From positions 64,001-128,000 of the forward strand of contig CAVXRD010000003.1 of NCBI GenBank assembly GCA_963764165.1: DNA of 64,000 nt, in the 5' to 3' direction. Under the pieces are notes generated by a model. It saw nothing but the letters and a program-made list of their open reading frames with translations. It made no database searches and was not told where the DNA came from. The stretch's first letter is position 1; each line of letters starts with the position of its first letter. This DNA comes from an uncultured Verrucomicrobiae bacterium. Lineage in GTDB: Bacteria; Verrucomicrobiota; Verrucomicrobiia; Limisphaerales; Palsa-1400. Shown here piece by piece: positions 40,822-50,270 of the stretch. The position numbers were made by a program, and so were the translations under genes.

Positions 40822-40888
40822 GCGCCTTGAATCACAGGATTTTGCATCTTGTAATTGGGCGGCGCCTTTGAGAGCTTCAACTAACTCT

Positions 40889-42352
40889 ATGAACAAACAA
40901 GTGACCCTTTCCCAACTCAATCGCCGGACCTTCATCAAATACGGCGCATTGGCGGCAGGCGCATTGGCCGTGGCCGGGCCTTATCCTGTCCGGGCGCGGA
41001 ATCTCAACAGCAGATTGAACATTGGCCAGGTGGGCTGCGGCGGAAAGGGCGGAGGCGACTGCCAGATTATTATTGACGCCGGCGAAAATGTCATGGCGCT
41101 GTGCGACGTTCACAGGCCAGATGCCGAGGCGATAAAGAATAAAAACAACCTCGAGGCAAAAATCTACGCGGATTACCGGGAAATGCTCGAGAAGGAAAAG
41201 GATATCGACGCGATCGACATCGGCACCCCCGATCACATGCACGCGGTGATTGCGGCGGCGGCGATCAAGAAGAAGAAACACGTCTACTGCCAGAAGCCGC
41301 TCACCCACGACGTCTTCGAAGCCCGCACTTTGCGCGCTTTGGCGAAAAAGCACAACGTCGCCACGCAGATGGGCAATCAGGGCAGCGCGTCGGATTCGCT
41401 GCGGCGCGCCGTGGAAGTGATGCATGCTGGAATCATTGGAGCCGTCAAGCACGCGTACGTTTGGACGAATCGCCCGATTTGGCCGCAAGGAAAGGATCGT
41501 CCCGCTGGCTTCGATGCAATTCCGGAAGGGTTCGATTGGAATCTCTGGCTTGGAACCGCGCCGGAGCGCCCCTTCAAGAAAGAATGGCCGGGCGCGGACG
41601 ACGGAGGCGGGGCTGGCTCTGGCCGCCGCCGCCGAAGCGGCGCTGTCTACCAGCCTTTCGTGTGGCGTGGCTGGGTCGATTTCGGCACCGGCGCGCTAGG
41701 CGATATGGCTTGCCACACCGTGAACTGGCCGTTCCGCGCGCTGAAGCTCGGCTATCCCACCGAAATCGAAGCGTCGTCCTCCGGCATGAACACGGAAATG
41801 TATCCCAACAAATCCCTCATCCGATTTGAATTTCCGGCCCGCGAAGGAATGCCGCCGGTGACGCTGCATTGGTCCGACGGCGGGGCGAAACCACCTCCCG
41901 AAATCACAGCCGACGTTGAAGCGCTGCTGGGCAAGGTTTCCAACAGCGGCTGCCTGATGATTGGCGAGCATGGCATCATATTCTCGCCCGATGACGGCGA
42001 CCAGGAATTGAAGACATACCTGAAATTGAAGGGCGAAACAGAGCTGGTTGGCCTGGGCAATCATCCCGGCGCGCTCAAGATCGGCCAATCCATTCCGCGC
42101 AATGCCCAAAGCGGCACCCCCGACCAGCGCCAGCACAAGGAATGGCTCCAAGCCTGCAAAGACGGCAAGCACGAAGTGCCTTACTCGAATTTCGACATCG
42201 CCGCCTACTTGACAGAAATTATTCTGCTCGGCTGCGTCGCCTTGCGCGCCGGCAAGAAACTTGAATGGGACGGCCCCCGCATGAAGGCGAAAAACGCCCC
42301 GGAAGCCGCCCAATTTGTGAAGCGCAAATATCGCAAGGGCTGGTCCATTTAA
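40889..42352 (+). CDS. Gfo/Idh/MocA oxidoreductase, Tat-exported (paralog 1)
   Basis: NRRTFIK Tat motif; VGCGGKG; TPDHMH; HVYCQKPL; TQMGNQ; GALGDMACH. Confidence 0.93.
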   Translation: MNKQVTLSQLNRRTFIKYGALAAGALAVAGPYPVRARNLNSRLNIGQVGCGGKGGGDCQIIIDAGENVMALCDVHRPDAEAIKNKNNLEAKIYADYREMLEKEKDIDAIDIGTPDHMHAVIAAAAIKKKKHVYCQKPLTHDVFEARTLRALAKKHNVATQMGNQGSASDSLRRAVEVMHAGIIGAVKHAYVWTNRPIWPQGKDRPAGFDAIPEGFDWNLWLGTAPERPFKKEWPGADDGGGAGSGRRRRSGAVYQPFVWRGWVDFGTGALGDMACHTVNWPFRALKLGYPTEIEASSSGMNTEMYPNKSLIRFEFPAREGMPPVTLHWSDGGAKPPPEITADVEALLGKVSNSGCLMIGEHGIIFSPDDGDQELKTYLKLKGETELVGLGNHPGALKIGQSIPRNAQSGTPDQRQHKEWLQACKDGKHEVPYSNFDIAAYLTEIILLGCVALRAGKKLEWDGPRMKAKNAPEAAQFVKRKYRKGWSI

Positions 42353-42373
42353 CGCCACAATCTCCGATTGAAT

Positions 42374-43846
42374 ATGAAAAAAGAAGTCACCCTGTCGCGG
42401 TCGAGCCGCCGGACATTTATCAAATACGGCGCGATGGCCGCCAGCGCGGCCGCCGTGGCGGGGCCGTATCCAGTTCGCGGCCAGAATCTCAACAGCAAAA
42501 TCAATCTGGCGCAAATCGGCTGCGGCGGCAAAGGCACTTCGGATTTCATCGCCAATTTTGGCGCGGGGGCGCATATCGCGGCTTTGTGCGACGTCGTTCC
42601 CCCGAACACCGTCAAGATGAAGGAATTCCTCAAGGCGAAACTCAACATCGAGGCGGCAGTTTACAAGGATTTTCGCGAGTTGTTTGAGAAGGAAAAAAGC
42701 ATCGATGCGGTCGACATCGCCACGCCGGATCACATGCACGCGGTCATTGCCGCGGCGGCGATCAAACTCGGCAAACACGTTTATTGCCAGAAGCCGCTCA
42801 CGCACGACGTCTTTGAGGCCCGCACGCTCCGCGACTTGGCGAAAAAGCACAATGTTGCGACCCAAATGGGAAACCAGGGCAGCGCTTCCGATTTGCTGCG
42901 CCGCTCGGTCGAGGTGATGCACGCCGGGCTCATCGGCCCAGTCAAACACGCTTACGTCTGGACGAACCGCCCCGTTTGGCCGCAAGGACTGGATCGCCCC
43001 GAGGGGGCTGACGCCGTTCCTGAATGGCTGGATTGGAATTTGTGGCTCGGGACCGCGCCGGAGCGGCCATTTAAAATGCAATGGCCGGGCATCGTGCCGG
43101 GCGGCCCCTATCTGGTTGGCAAGCCCGACCAGATGCCGGTTTATCAGCCGTTCGTTTGGCGTGGCTGGCAGGATTTCGGCACCGGCGCCCTTGGCGACAT
43201 GGCGTGCCACACCGTGAACTGGCCTTTCCGCGCCCTCAAGCTCGGCTATCCGACTGAAATTGAAGCCACTTCTGGAGCGATGAAGGGCGGAATGTATCCG
43301 ACCAAATCGGAAATCCGTTTTGAATTCCCGGCGCGGGAAGGAATGCCGCCGGTGACGTTGCATTGGTCGGATGGCGGCAATAGGCCCGCCCCTGAAATCA
43401 CCGCGGACGTGGAGAAATTCTTCGAGCGCGTCTCTCCAAGCGGCTGCCTGATGGTGGGTGAAAACGGCATCATTTTCTCCCCCGAGGACGGTGATCAGGA
43501 TTTGAAAACGTACGTGAAACTGAAGGATGACAAGGAACTGAGCCGCATCGAGATTCATCCCGTGGCCAAGGCCATCCCGCAAACGATCCCGCGCAATGCG
43601 CAAACCGGTTCGCCCGACGACCGCCAGCATCGAGAATGGCTGCAGGCGTGCGTCGACGGGAAACATGAAGTGCCTTATTCCAATTTCGACATCGCTGCGT
43701 ATTTGACAGAAATTATCCTACTCGGCTGCGTTGCCTTGCAGGCCGGCAAAAAGCTGGAATGGGACGGTCCGGGCATGGCCGCCAAGAACGCCCCGGAAGT
43801 CGCGAAACTTGTCAAGCGCGAGTACCGCAAGCCCTACGCTATTTAA
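42374..43846 (+). CDS. Gfo/Idh/MocA oxidoreductase, Tat-exported (paralog 2)
   Basis: Same motifs as paralog 1, with long identical stretches. Confidence 0.93.
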   Translation: MKKEVTLSRSSRRTFIKYGAMAASAAAVAGPYPVRGQNLNSKINLAQIGCGGKGTSDFIANFGAGAHIAALCDVVPPNTVKMKEFLKAKLNIEAAVYKDFRELFEKEKSIDAVDIATPDHMHAVIAAAAIKLGKHVYCQKPLTHDVFEARTLRDLAKKHNVATQMGNQGSASDLLRRSVEVMHAGLIGPVKHAYVWTNRPVWPQGLDRPEGADAVPEWLDWNLWLGTAPERPFKMQWPGIVPGGPYLVGKPDQMPVYQPFVWRGWQDFGTGALGDMACHTVNWPFRALKLGYPTEIEATSGAMKGGMYPTKSEIRFEFPAREGMPPVTLHWSDGGNRPAPEITADVEKFFERVSPSGCLMVGENGIIFSPEDGDQDLKTYVKLKDDKELSRIEIHPVAKAIPQTIPRNAQTGSPDDRQHREWLQACVDGKHEVPYSNFDIAAYLTEIILLGCVALQAGKKLEWDGPGMAAKNAPEVAKLVKREYRKPYAI

Positions 43847-45833
43847 GTCGGTTGAGGATATCCAACTGCTGCCGCGCCTCCGCATAGCCGGGGCGCTCCT
43901 CCAGGGCAATTTGGAATTGCGCTTTCGCCTCGGCGTTTCGTCCGAGCCGCGTGAGACAGCAGCCCAGGTTGAAATGAGTTTCTGGATTATCAGGCTTTAA
44001 CTCCAGTGCGTTCCAATATTCTTCCACCGCCTCTTTGAGCCGGCCTTTTTGGGCGAGCGCGTTGGCCAGATTATTGTGCGGCATCGGCTCGTTTCTGTTG
44101 ATCGCGATGCACGTTTGATACTCCCGAATCGCGCCATCAAAATCGCCCTTCATCGCCAGAGCGTTCCCCAAATCGCTGTGGGCGCTGCTGTAATCCGGCT
44201 TGTCGGAAATCGCCTCTCGAAACTGCGCGATGGCGTCGTCCAATTTGCCCATCATGGCCAGGGAAACGCCGTAGCTGTTGTGGGCGTCGGCATAATGCGG
44301 GCGCTCCTGCAGCGCCACTTGGAATTCGTGGATCGCGGCGGCGTTGTTGCCGAGATGCGCGAGGGCGATGCCCAAATTGTTGTGCGCCTCGGTTAAACGC
44401 GGATTAATGCTGAGCGCCTTGATGTATTGATTCGTGGCGGCGGCGTAATCGCCTTGCCCGGCCAGCGCAAAGCCGAGGTTGTTGAGGCCCTCGTAATAAC
44501 CGGGATTGATGGCCAAAGCCTTTTGGAAGCAAGCTATCGCGCCCTTCTTGTCTCCCCTGTCGGACAAATACGTGCCGAGATTATTGCAGGCGAGATAATT
44601 GTCCGCCGTCACCGCCATCGCGTGCTTGAAAAGCGTTTCGCTATTGCGCCAGTTCCTGGTCTGACGCGGTGTAAGCACGAGACATGCTGCCAGAGCCGCC
44701 ACCGCGGCCATCCACTTCAACGCGCGCGGAATCACGGCGATTTCCGCCGCCGCCCAAACCAGAGCGATGGAGAGGCCCACGCTTGGCACATACGTATACC
44801 GATCCGCCATTGATTGAATTCCCACTTGAACGATTCCGATCGTCGGGAAAAGCATCACGACGAACCAGCCCCAGCCCACCGCCAGATAGGGACGCGTCCG
44901 CCGCTGTTGGAACACGAGTGTCGTCACGAGCGTCAACAAAAGAATCGCCCCCGCCACCTGCCAGAGCGGCCAATAACCCGGATGCGGATACAGCGGCGAC
45001 AAATGCGAAGGCCAAAAGAATTTCGCCACGTAGCGAATATGCGAAATCAAAGCATTCTCCACGCGCGCGGCGATGGGCACTCCCGCAATCGGCGCGACCG
45101 CGCCACCGCGCCGCTGCACAATGAAGGTCACCACGCACGAAGCCGCCGCCAGCGCAAAAAACGGAATCTTTTCGATCAGCAATTTTCCAACCGCTTCTGT
45201 CCGTTTGAGCGGCCAATAATCCACCAACAGAAGAATTATCGGCAGAGTTACCAACATCGGTTTGGACATTAAGCCGAGCGCGTAGCAAAGGATTGCAACG
45301 GCATACCAGAGCTTCTTCTTGGCGGCGGCAACGTCGCCGGACTTCACCCAAGCCACATAAGCCCAAACTGTCAAAATCCAGAAGAATGTGCTCAGGACAT
45401 CCTTGCGCTCGGAAATCCAGACGACCGATTCCACTCGGAGTGGATGCAAGGAAAACAGCGCTGCGACCAAGGCGCAGCGCCAGATCGCGCCCGTCATGCT
45501 GTAAAGAAGAAGGAAGAGCAGCACGCCGTTTGCCGTATGAATCAGAACACTGGTCAGGTGATGGCCGGCGGGCGCCCGCCCGAACATCGAAACATCCGCC
45601 AGGTGCGAGATCCAGGTGAGGGGATGCCAGTTGCTCGCCGCGTCCGTCCCGAAGGCCCACTTGATGGTCCCCGCGTTCAACCCTTTCTGCACCTCGTCGT
45701 TCCAGACATAAGCAGGGTCGTCGTAATTTACAAAATCGCATCGGCGCGCACCCCAAAACACGAATAGCGTGGTTGCCGCAAGCGCCGCGCAAACGAGAAG
45801 AACCAGGCCTTTCTCTCTGGCGTTCGGCGTCAC
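43839..45833 (-). CDS. TMTC-like membrane glycosyltransferase with C-terminal TPRs
   Basis: FVNYDD, WHPLTW.SH, HPLRVESV.WISERKD, SKPM, ADRYTY; multiple TPRs (AHNNLG). Confidence 0.85.
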   Translation of the reverse strand: MTPNAREKGLVLLVCAALAATTLFVFWGARRCDFVNYDDPAYVWNDEVQKGLNAGTIKWAFGTDAASNWHPLTWISHLADVSMFGRAPAGHHLTSVLIHTANGVLLFLLLYSMTGAIWRCALVAALFSLHPLRVESVVWISERKDVLSTFFWILTVWAYVAWVKSGDVAAAKKKLWYAVAILCYALGLMSKPMLVTLPIILLLVDYWPLKRTEAVGKLLIEKIPFFALAAASCVVTFIVQRRGGAVAPIAGVPIAARVENALISHIRYVAKFFWPSHLSPLYPHPGYWPLWQVAGAILLLTLVTTLVFQQRRTRPYLAVGWGWFVVMLFPTIGIVQVGIQSMADRYTYVPSVGLSIALVWAAAEIAVIPRALKWMAAVAALAACLVLTPRQTRNWRNSETLFKHAMAVTADNYLACNNLGTYLSDRGDKKGAIACFQKALAINPGYYEGLNNLGFALAGQGDYAAATNQYIKALSINPRLTEAHNNLGIALAHLGNNAAAIHEFQVALQERPHYADAHNSYGVSLAMMGKLDDAIAQFREAISDKPDYSSAHSDLGNALAMKGDFDGAIREYQTCIAINRNEPMPHNNLANALAQKGRLKEAVEEYWNALELKPDNPETHFNLGCCLTRLGRNAEAKAQFQIALEERPGYAEARQQLDILNRLK

Positions 45834-46582
45834 TTGGCTGGCGGGAAAAGCGGCGAGGATTTGACACCCATCCGCGCCATCCGAAAGGTCAGCGCCGTCC
45901 CGAGGCAGCCGAAACCATACTTGACGCTCCGCCGGAAATTAATGGAAGAAGCCTCGGCGAAATACTTGGTCGGGCAGCTCACTTCCGCAACCGTGTAGCC
46001 GAACCACAAAATTTGCGCGAGCATCTGGTTGTCGAATACGAAATCGTTCGAGTTGGCGCTCAGTGGCAGGCGCTCGAGAATTTCGCGCGAAAACGCCCGA
46101 TAGCCTGTGTGATATTCCGATAACTTCGCGCCCAGCATCCAATTTTCAAGCGCGGTGAGAATTCGGTTGGCCACATATTTCCAGCCGGGCATTCCGCCCT
46201 TGAGCGCATGCCCGCCGAGGATTCTGCTGCCGAGAACGCACGGATACAATCCGCACGCAATCATCGAAACCATGGCGGGGATGAGCTGTGGCGTGTATTG
46301 CGAGTCCGGATGCACCATGATGATGATGTCTGCGCCTTCCTGAATCGCGAGGCGGTAGCAGCTCTTCTGGTTGCCGCCGTAACCGAGATTTTTCTCATGC
46401 GTGTGCACCAGGACATTCGGAAGCGTCTTGGCAATGGCCGTCGTGTCGTCGCGGCTGGCGTCATCGACGACAATGACGCGATCCACCACGCCTTGTTCGA
46501 GCACCTCGTCATAGGTGCGAATGAGAGTCTTGGCCGCGTTGTAGGCAGGCATGACGACGACGACTTTTTTGCCTCGATACAT
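45830..46582 (-). CDS. Glycosyltransferase family 2 (polyprenol-phosphate sugar synthase-like)
   Basis: VVMPAYN, VVDDAS.D, NLGYGGNQK, GSR, EYHTGYRAF; start taken at ATG 46582. Confidence 0.93.
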   Translation of the reverse strand: MYRGKKVVVVMPAYNAAKTLIRTYDEVLEQGVVDRVIVVDDASRDDTTAIAKTLPNVLVHTHEKNLGYGGNQKSCYRLAIQEGADIIIMVHPDSQYTPQLIPAMVSMIACGLYPCVLGSRILGGHALKGGMPGWKYVANRILTALENWMLGAKLSEYHTGYRAFSREILERLPLSANSNDFVFDNQMLAQILWFGYTVAEVSCPTKYFAEASSINFRRSVKYGFGCLGTALTFRMARMGVKSSPLFPPAK

Positions 46583-46649
46583 ATTCTGGTTGGTGCTGTT
46601 TGACAGTTGAGGATAACCGGAGAATGTCAAATTTGGCAAGGCTTCCGAG

Positions 46650-46716
46650 CTATCCCCTTCTTCCCATTCCTCGCATGGAGATGGGACCAATGGGAAGCAA
46701 AGGAGCAATGGAAACT
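46650..46716. repeat. Degenerate 9-bp-period inverted array (CCCAT/ATGGG type)
   Basis: ..TTCCCATTCCTCGCAT followed by ATGGGACCA ATGGGAAGC AAAGGAGCA ATGGAAACT. Confidence 0.45.
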
Positions 46717-46775
46717 CCGCATCTTTGGTAATCGGAGTTTGCGGGCAGCCACACGCTCTGATTCAATACGGTTCT

Positions 46776-47538
46776 ATGCCGAGCGCCAAATTGTCCAATA
46801 TCATCCAGCACTGCCAAAAAACCTTAAAACCCGAATCGTTCACCGATTGGGACGGCGCGGTCAACGGATTGCAGGTGGAGAATTCAGGAAAAGTGGATCG
46901 GATAGGAGCCTGTGTTGATGCCACCAACGCCACGATTAAAATGGCGGTGGAGGCGGGAACCAATCTCATGATTGTCCATCATGGCTTGTTCTGGTCGCCA
47001 AGCGTGCCGTGGGTAGGCAAACGCCGCGAAATGCTCGAGCTGCTCATCAAGAATGACATTGCCGTTTACAGTTCGCACTTGCCCCTCGACGCGCATCCGC
47101 GCCTGGGCAACAACGCGCAATTGGCCGCCGCGCTGGGCTTCAAGAAATTGGCTCCGTTCTTCCACGAGAAAGGCCAGTTCATCGGCTGGCAGGCGCAGGC
47201 AAAAATTTCGCGCGCCGAATTATCCCGCGCGCTGGCAAAAATCCTCGGGAGAACACCGATCCTCCTTCCCGGCGGCGGCGAGACCTGCGCCAAGATTGGC
47301 ATCGTGACCGGCGGAGCTGGAGGCAGCATGAAAACCGCGGCCAAAGAGGGCGTCGACACATTCATCACCGGCGAAGGCCAGCATTGGACATACGGGCTGG
47401 CAGAAGAACTGGGGCTAAATGTTTTTTACGGAGGCCATTACGCCACCGAGAACGTTTGGCGTGAAGGCGCTCGCTGTCGAGCTGTCAACAAAATTCCGCG
47501 TCCCGTGGGAATTTCTCGATCATCCGACGGGGCTGTGA
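46776..47538 (+). CDS. Nif3-like dinuclear metal-centre protein (YbgI family), with a 1-nt frameshift near 47451
   Basis: NGLQV, IVHHGLFW, HLPLDAH, FITGE, GGHYATE. Removing one A restores TFGVKAL..FLDHPTGL*. Confidence 0.88.
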
Positions 47539-47548
47539 CGCGCTGCGT

Positions 47549-48160
47549 TTAGAACTTCCAAGGTTTGACAGAAGCGAGTCGATAATACTCCTCTGCTCGT
47601 GCTCGTGGAATTCCATCCTTCACCAGCAGCTCGATTTGATTCGAGGAAAAATTGGGCCAGTCCAACTCATGTATGAACTGGACATCTCCTGCCGCAAAAC
47701 AGACTTCTCGAATCAATGGGCTCCAAGGCGCTCGAAAGTGATCGCCACCCCGCGTTGGGTAAGCATCCAATAGAATCGCAATTCCGCCAAAGTTTGTCGC
47801 AGTTAATCCTTGGATATAAATCCGGCTGCAATTGCTTTCCGCGACGTGGCCGCCGTTGGTCAAGCCAGCCCAAAAATAACGGCCATCGTCACCAACGCTT
47901 GTGACCACCTTAATGGTGAACGGATCTGATTCGCCGTCTCTGTTGACGAGCAGCAGGAGGGCGTCACCGAAGCCGCTGGAGCTATACGGAAACCTGCCTT
48001 GGTGATCTGTGGCATAGTTCTGGAAGGTCGACGCGGCGATTTTGATGCAGTGCTCATGTTGGGGAAATTCGTGCCATATGAATGCGATCCCAACCACGAA
48101 AAATACAATCAGAATCGCCACGGTTTTCATCAGCCGAAACTTGAGCCGCCGGATTTTCAC
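47549..48160 (-). CDS. Hypothetical membrane-anchored protein
   Basis: N-terminal TM helix, then C.K......NYA.DH.GRFP; 203-aa ORF filling the gap. Confidence 0.65.
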   Translation of the reverse strand: MKIRRLKFRLMKTVAILIVFFVVGIAFIWHEFPQHEHCIKIAASTFQNYATDHQGRFPYSSSGFGDALLLLVNRDGESDPFTIKVVTSVGDDGRYFWAGLTNGGHVAESNCSRIYIQGLTATNFGGIAILLDAYPTRGGDHFRAPWSPLIREVCFAAGDVQFIHELDWPNFSSNQIELLVKDGIPRARAEEYYRLASVKPWKF

Positions 48161-48215
48161 CTCACCAAGATGTTGCGCTTTTTGCCAGCCATCTCAAGCA
48201 GGATCGCCAGGCACG

Positions 48216-49676
48216 TTACGCTCGTTTGATTTCCTGAAAAGCCTCAAGCGCCACTTCTCGCGCGATGCCGTGGGCTATGATTGGCTTCGGATAATCGCGG
48301 CCCAATTTTATTCCCGCCGCAGCGAGTTCCAAAGCGGGCGCCTCCGATGGCATGTGAATCCAGCGATCCGGCAACTTGGCGAGTTCAGGACACCAGCGGC
48401 GAACGTAATCGCCGCGCGGATCAAATTTTTCGCCCTGGCTCACCGGGTTGAAAATTCGGAAATACGGCGCAGCGTCGGCCCCGCACCCAGCCGTCCATTG
48501 CCAGCCCAAAGTATTTTGCGCGAGATCGGCGTCGACCAGCGTGTCCCAAAACCATTGCGCGCCTTCGGTCCAATTTGCGAGCAGGTCCTTCACCAAAAAG
48601 GACGCGGCAATCATGCGGACGCGATTGTGCATCCAGCCCGTCGCCCACAATTCGCGCATTCCCGCATCGACAATCGGGTAGCCGGTTTTACCGCGCTGCC
48701 ACGCGGCGAGCGCCTTGGAATCCTTCCTCCACCGGAACTTTGCAAAATTGGGGCGCAACGGCTCCGTCGGCGTTCTTGGAAAATGAAAAAGCAAATGATG
48801 CGAAAATTCGCGCCAGCCCATTTCCGTGATGAATTGGAATTGACGCCAGTCCACCATTTTCGCACCGCGCGTGGAGGCAATTGCATTGACAGCATGCCAA
48901 ATTTGACGCGGCGAGATTTCGCCGAAATGCAAATGCGGCGAGAGCCGTGAGGTGCCGGTCAAATCCGGCCGGTTTCGCTCGGCGGAATACTGCTCGAAGG
49001 CTGTCGCTAGAAACCTTTTCAAACTCTCTTGCGCGCCGGTCTCGCCCGGCTGCCACGCCTTGCCGAAACCCGCAGCCCAATTGATTTTCGGAAGCAATTC
49101 AAGTTCGTCGATGGAGAGCGAGCGTGGCCATCTCGCCGGAGCTGACAATTTCGCCGGAGTGGGCAGGGGATCTTCCGGGGCAGTTTTGCCGAGGCAATGT
49201 TTCCAAAACGGCGTGAAAACTTGAAACGGCTTTTTGCTTTGATTCGCAATTGTCCAAGGCTCATGCAGCAACGCGCCATTGAAGCTTTCCGCCGTTAATC
49301 CGGCGGCGCGGAGCGATTCCTTGATCGTCTTGTCGCGCGCAATCACGCCCGGCTCGTAGCGGCGATTCCAGAAGACCGCGCTCGCCCCCGTTTCCAGAAC
49401 CAGCTCGCGGAGGGCGGGCAGGGTGGGGCCGCATCGAATCACAAGCCGGCTGCCCGCCTTTGCTAGTCTTGACTGAAGTTCCGCGACCGAGTGGTGCAGC
49501 CACCACCGCGAAGCGCCGCCGGGCTCCCATGGTTTTTCTTCGTCCGGCGCCCAAATGAAAACCGGAATAACCGACCCTCCGCTTTGGGCAGCGGCGTCCA
49601 GCGCTGGATTATCGGCGAGCCGGAGATCCGCGCGAAACCACACGAGGGATATTTGGGAGGACGATGCGCTGTTCAT
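48216..49676 (-). CDS. phrB: Deoxyribodipyrimidine photolyase (class I/III CPD photolyase-like)
   Basis: WFRADLRLADNPAL, TSRLSPHLHFGEIS, GKTGYPIVDAGMREL, WMHNRVRM, APYFRIFNP. Confidence 0.93.
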   Translation of the reverse strand: MNSASSSQISLVWFRADLRLADNPALDAAAQSGGSVIPVFIWAPDEEKPWEPGGASRWWLHHSVAELQSRLAKAGSRLVIRCGPTLPALRELVLETGASAVFWNRRYEPGVIARDKTIKESLRAAGLTAESFNGALLHEPWTIANQSKKPFQVFTPFWKHCLGKTAPEDPLPTPAKLSAPARWPRSLSIDELELLPKINWAAGFGKAWQPGETGAQESLKRFLATAFEQYSAERNRPDLTGTSRLSPHLHFGEISPRQIWHAVNAIASTRGAKMVDWRQFQFITEMGWREFSHHLLFHFPRTPTEPLRPNFAKFRWRKDSKALAAWQRGKTGYPIVDAGMRELWATGWMHNRVRMIAASFLVKDLLANWTEGAQWFWDTLVDADLAQNTLGWQWTAGCGADAAPYFRIFNPVSQGEKFDPRGDYVRRWCPELAKLPDRWIHMPSEAPALELAAAGIKLGRDYPKPIIAHGIAREVALEAFQEIKRA

Positions 49677-49722
49677 GTTTATCGCGTCTTAAACGCAATT
49701 CCATTATGACCGGGGGGACTCT

Positions 49723-50002
49723 AACGCAAAGGCGCGGAGACGCAAGGGCGCAAGGATTTTGGTGCAGGGCAGAAGCATCTGAATTCCAAGGAAGGGACGC
49801 CTCGGCCAGGCGTCCCTGCCCATCAACGAGCGTGCGTCTGCCTTGGATTTTGGTGATTGTTTGGGCGTGAAAACCAAACTTCGTTGCCTTAGTTTCTTTG
49901 GTGCAAAAAATTATGCATCCTCGGCCTCCAGCGAGGCCGTTGATCTCCATGGCTGCCTAAGGCAGCAAGGGATTGGAACAGAAGGGAACGAGGGCAACGA
50001 AG
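49723..50002. repeat. Stack of three repeat families: 8-bp array, single family-A REP, inverted 9-bp arrays
   Basis: AACGCAAA GGCGCGGA GACGCAAG GGCGCAAG (49723-49754); GGGACGCCTCGGCCAGGCGTCCCTGCC (49794-49820); CTTCGTTGC.. (49879) paired with ..GCAACGAAG (ending 50002). Confidence 0.7.
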
Positions 50003-50012
50003 CTAAAACGAA

Positions 50013-50252
50013 ATGACAATCATTTACGATAAAAACGAAAAACCAAAAAGATTCTTAGCGCCGAACATTGGCAAAGCGGGGCGTTTAATGCGTGGCGCGA
50101 CGGCGCTTATATTATTAGTTGGCGCGGGATTCGCGTTTGCGAAATTGCTGTGGCTCGGCCTGTTGCTGGCGGCAGCGGGCGTGTTCGTTTTGTTTGAAGC
50201 GCTCCGAGGCTGGTGCGTGATGCGTGCTTGCGGCGTCAAAACGAAATACTGA
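50013..50252 (+). CDS. DUF2892/YgaP-like small membrane protein
   Basis: NIG..GR..R, two TM helices, GWC....G.KT. Confidence 0.75.
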   Translation: MTIIYDKNEKPKRFLAPNIGKAGRLMRGATALILLVGAGFAFAKLLWLGLLLAAAGVFVLFEALRGWCVMRACGVKTKY

Positions 50253-50270
50253 CTGCCGCGCCTGCGTCAA

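Noticed and set aside
40436..40888. N-terminal extensions in the ORF track (oxidoreductase 1; likewise rph, grpE, rpsP, rplS, transketolase)
   Set aside because: They overlap neighbouring genes, the tRNA or promoter regions; family motifs begin at the downstream ATGs used here.
41696..43666. 656-aa antisense ORF over the oxidoreductase pair
   Set aside because: Shadow frame of GC-rich genes; no recognisable motifs, and it simply mirrors the duplication.
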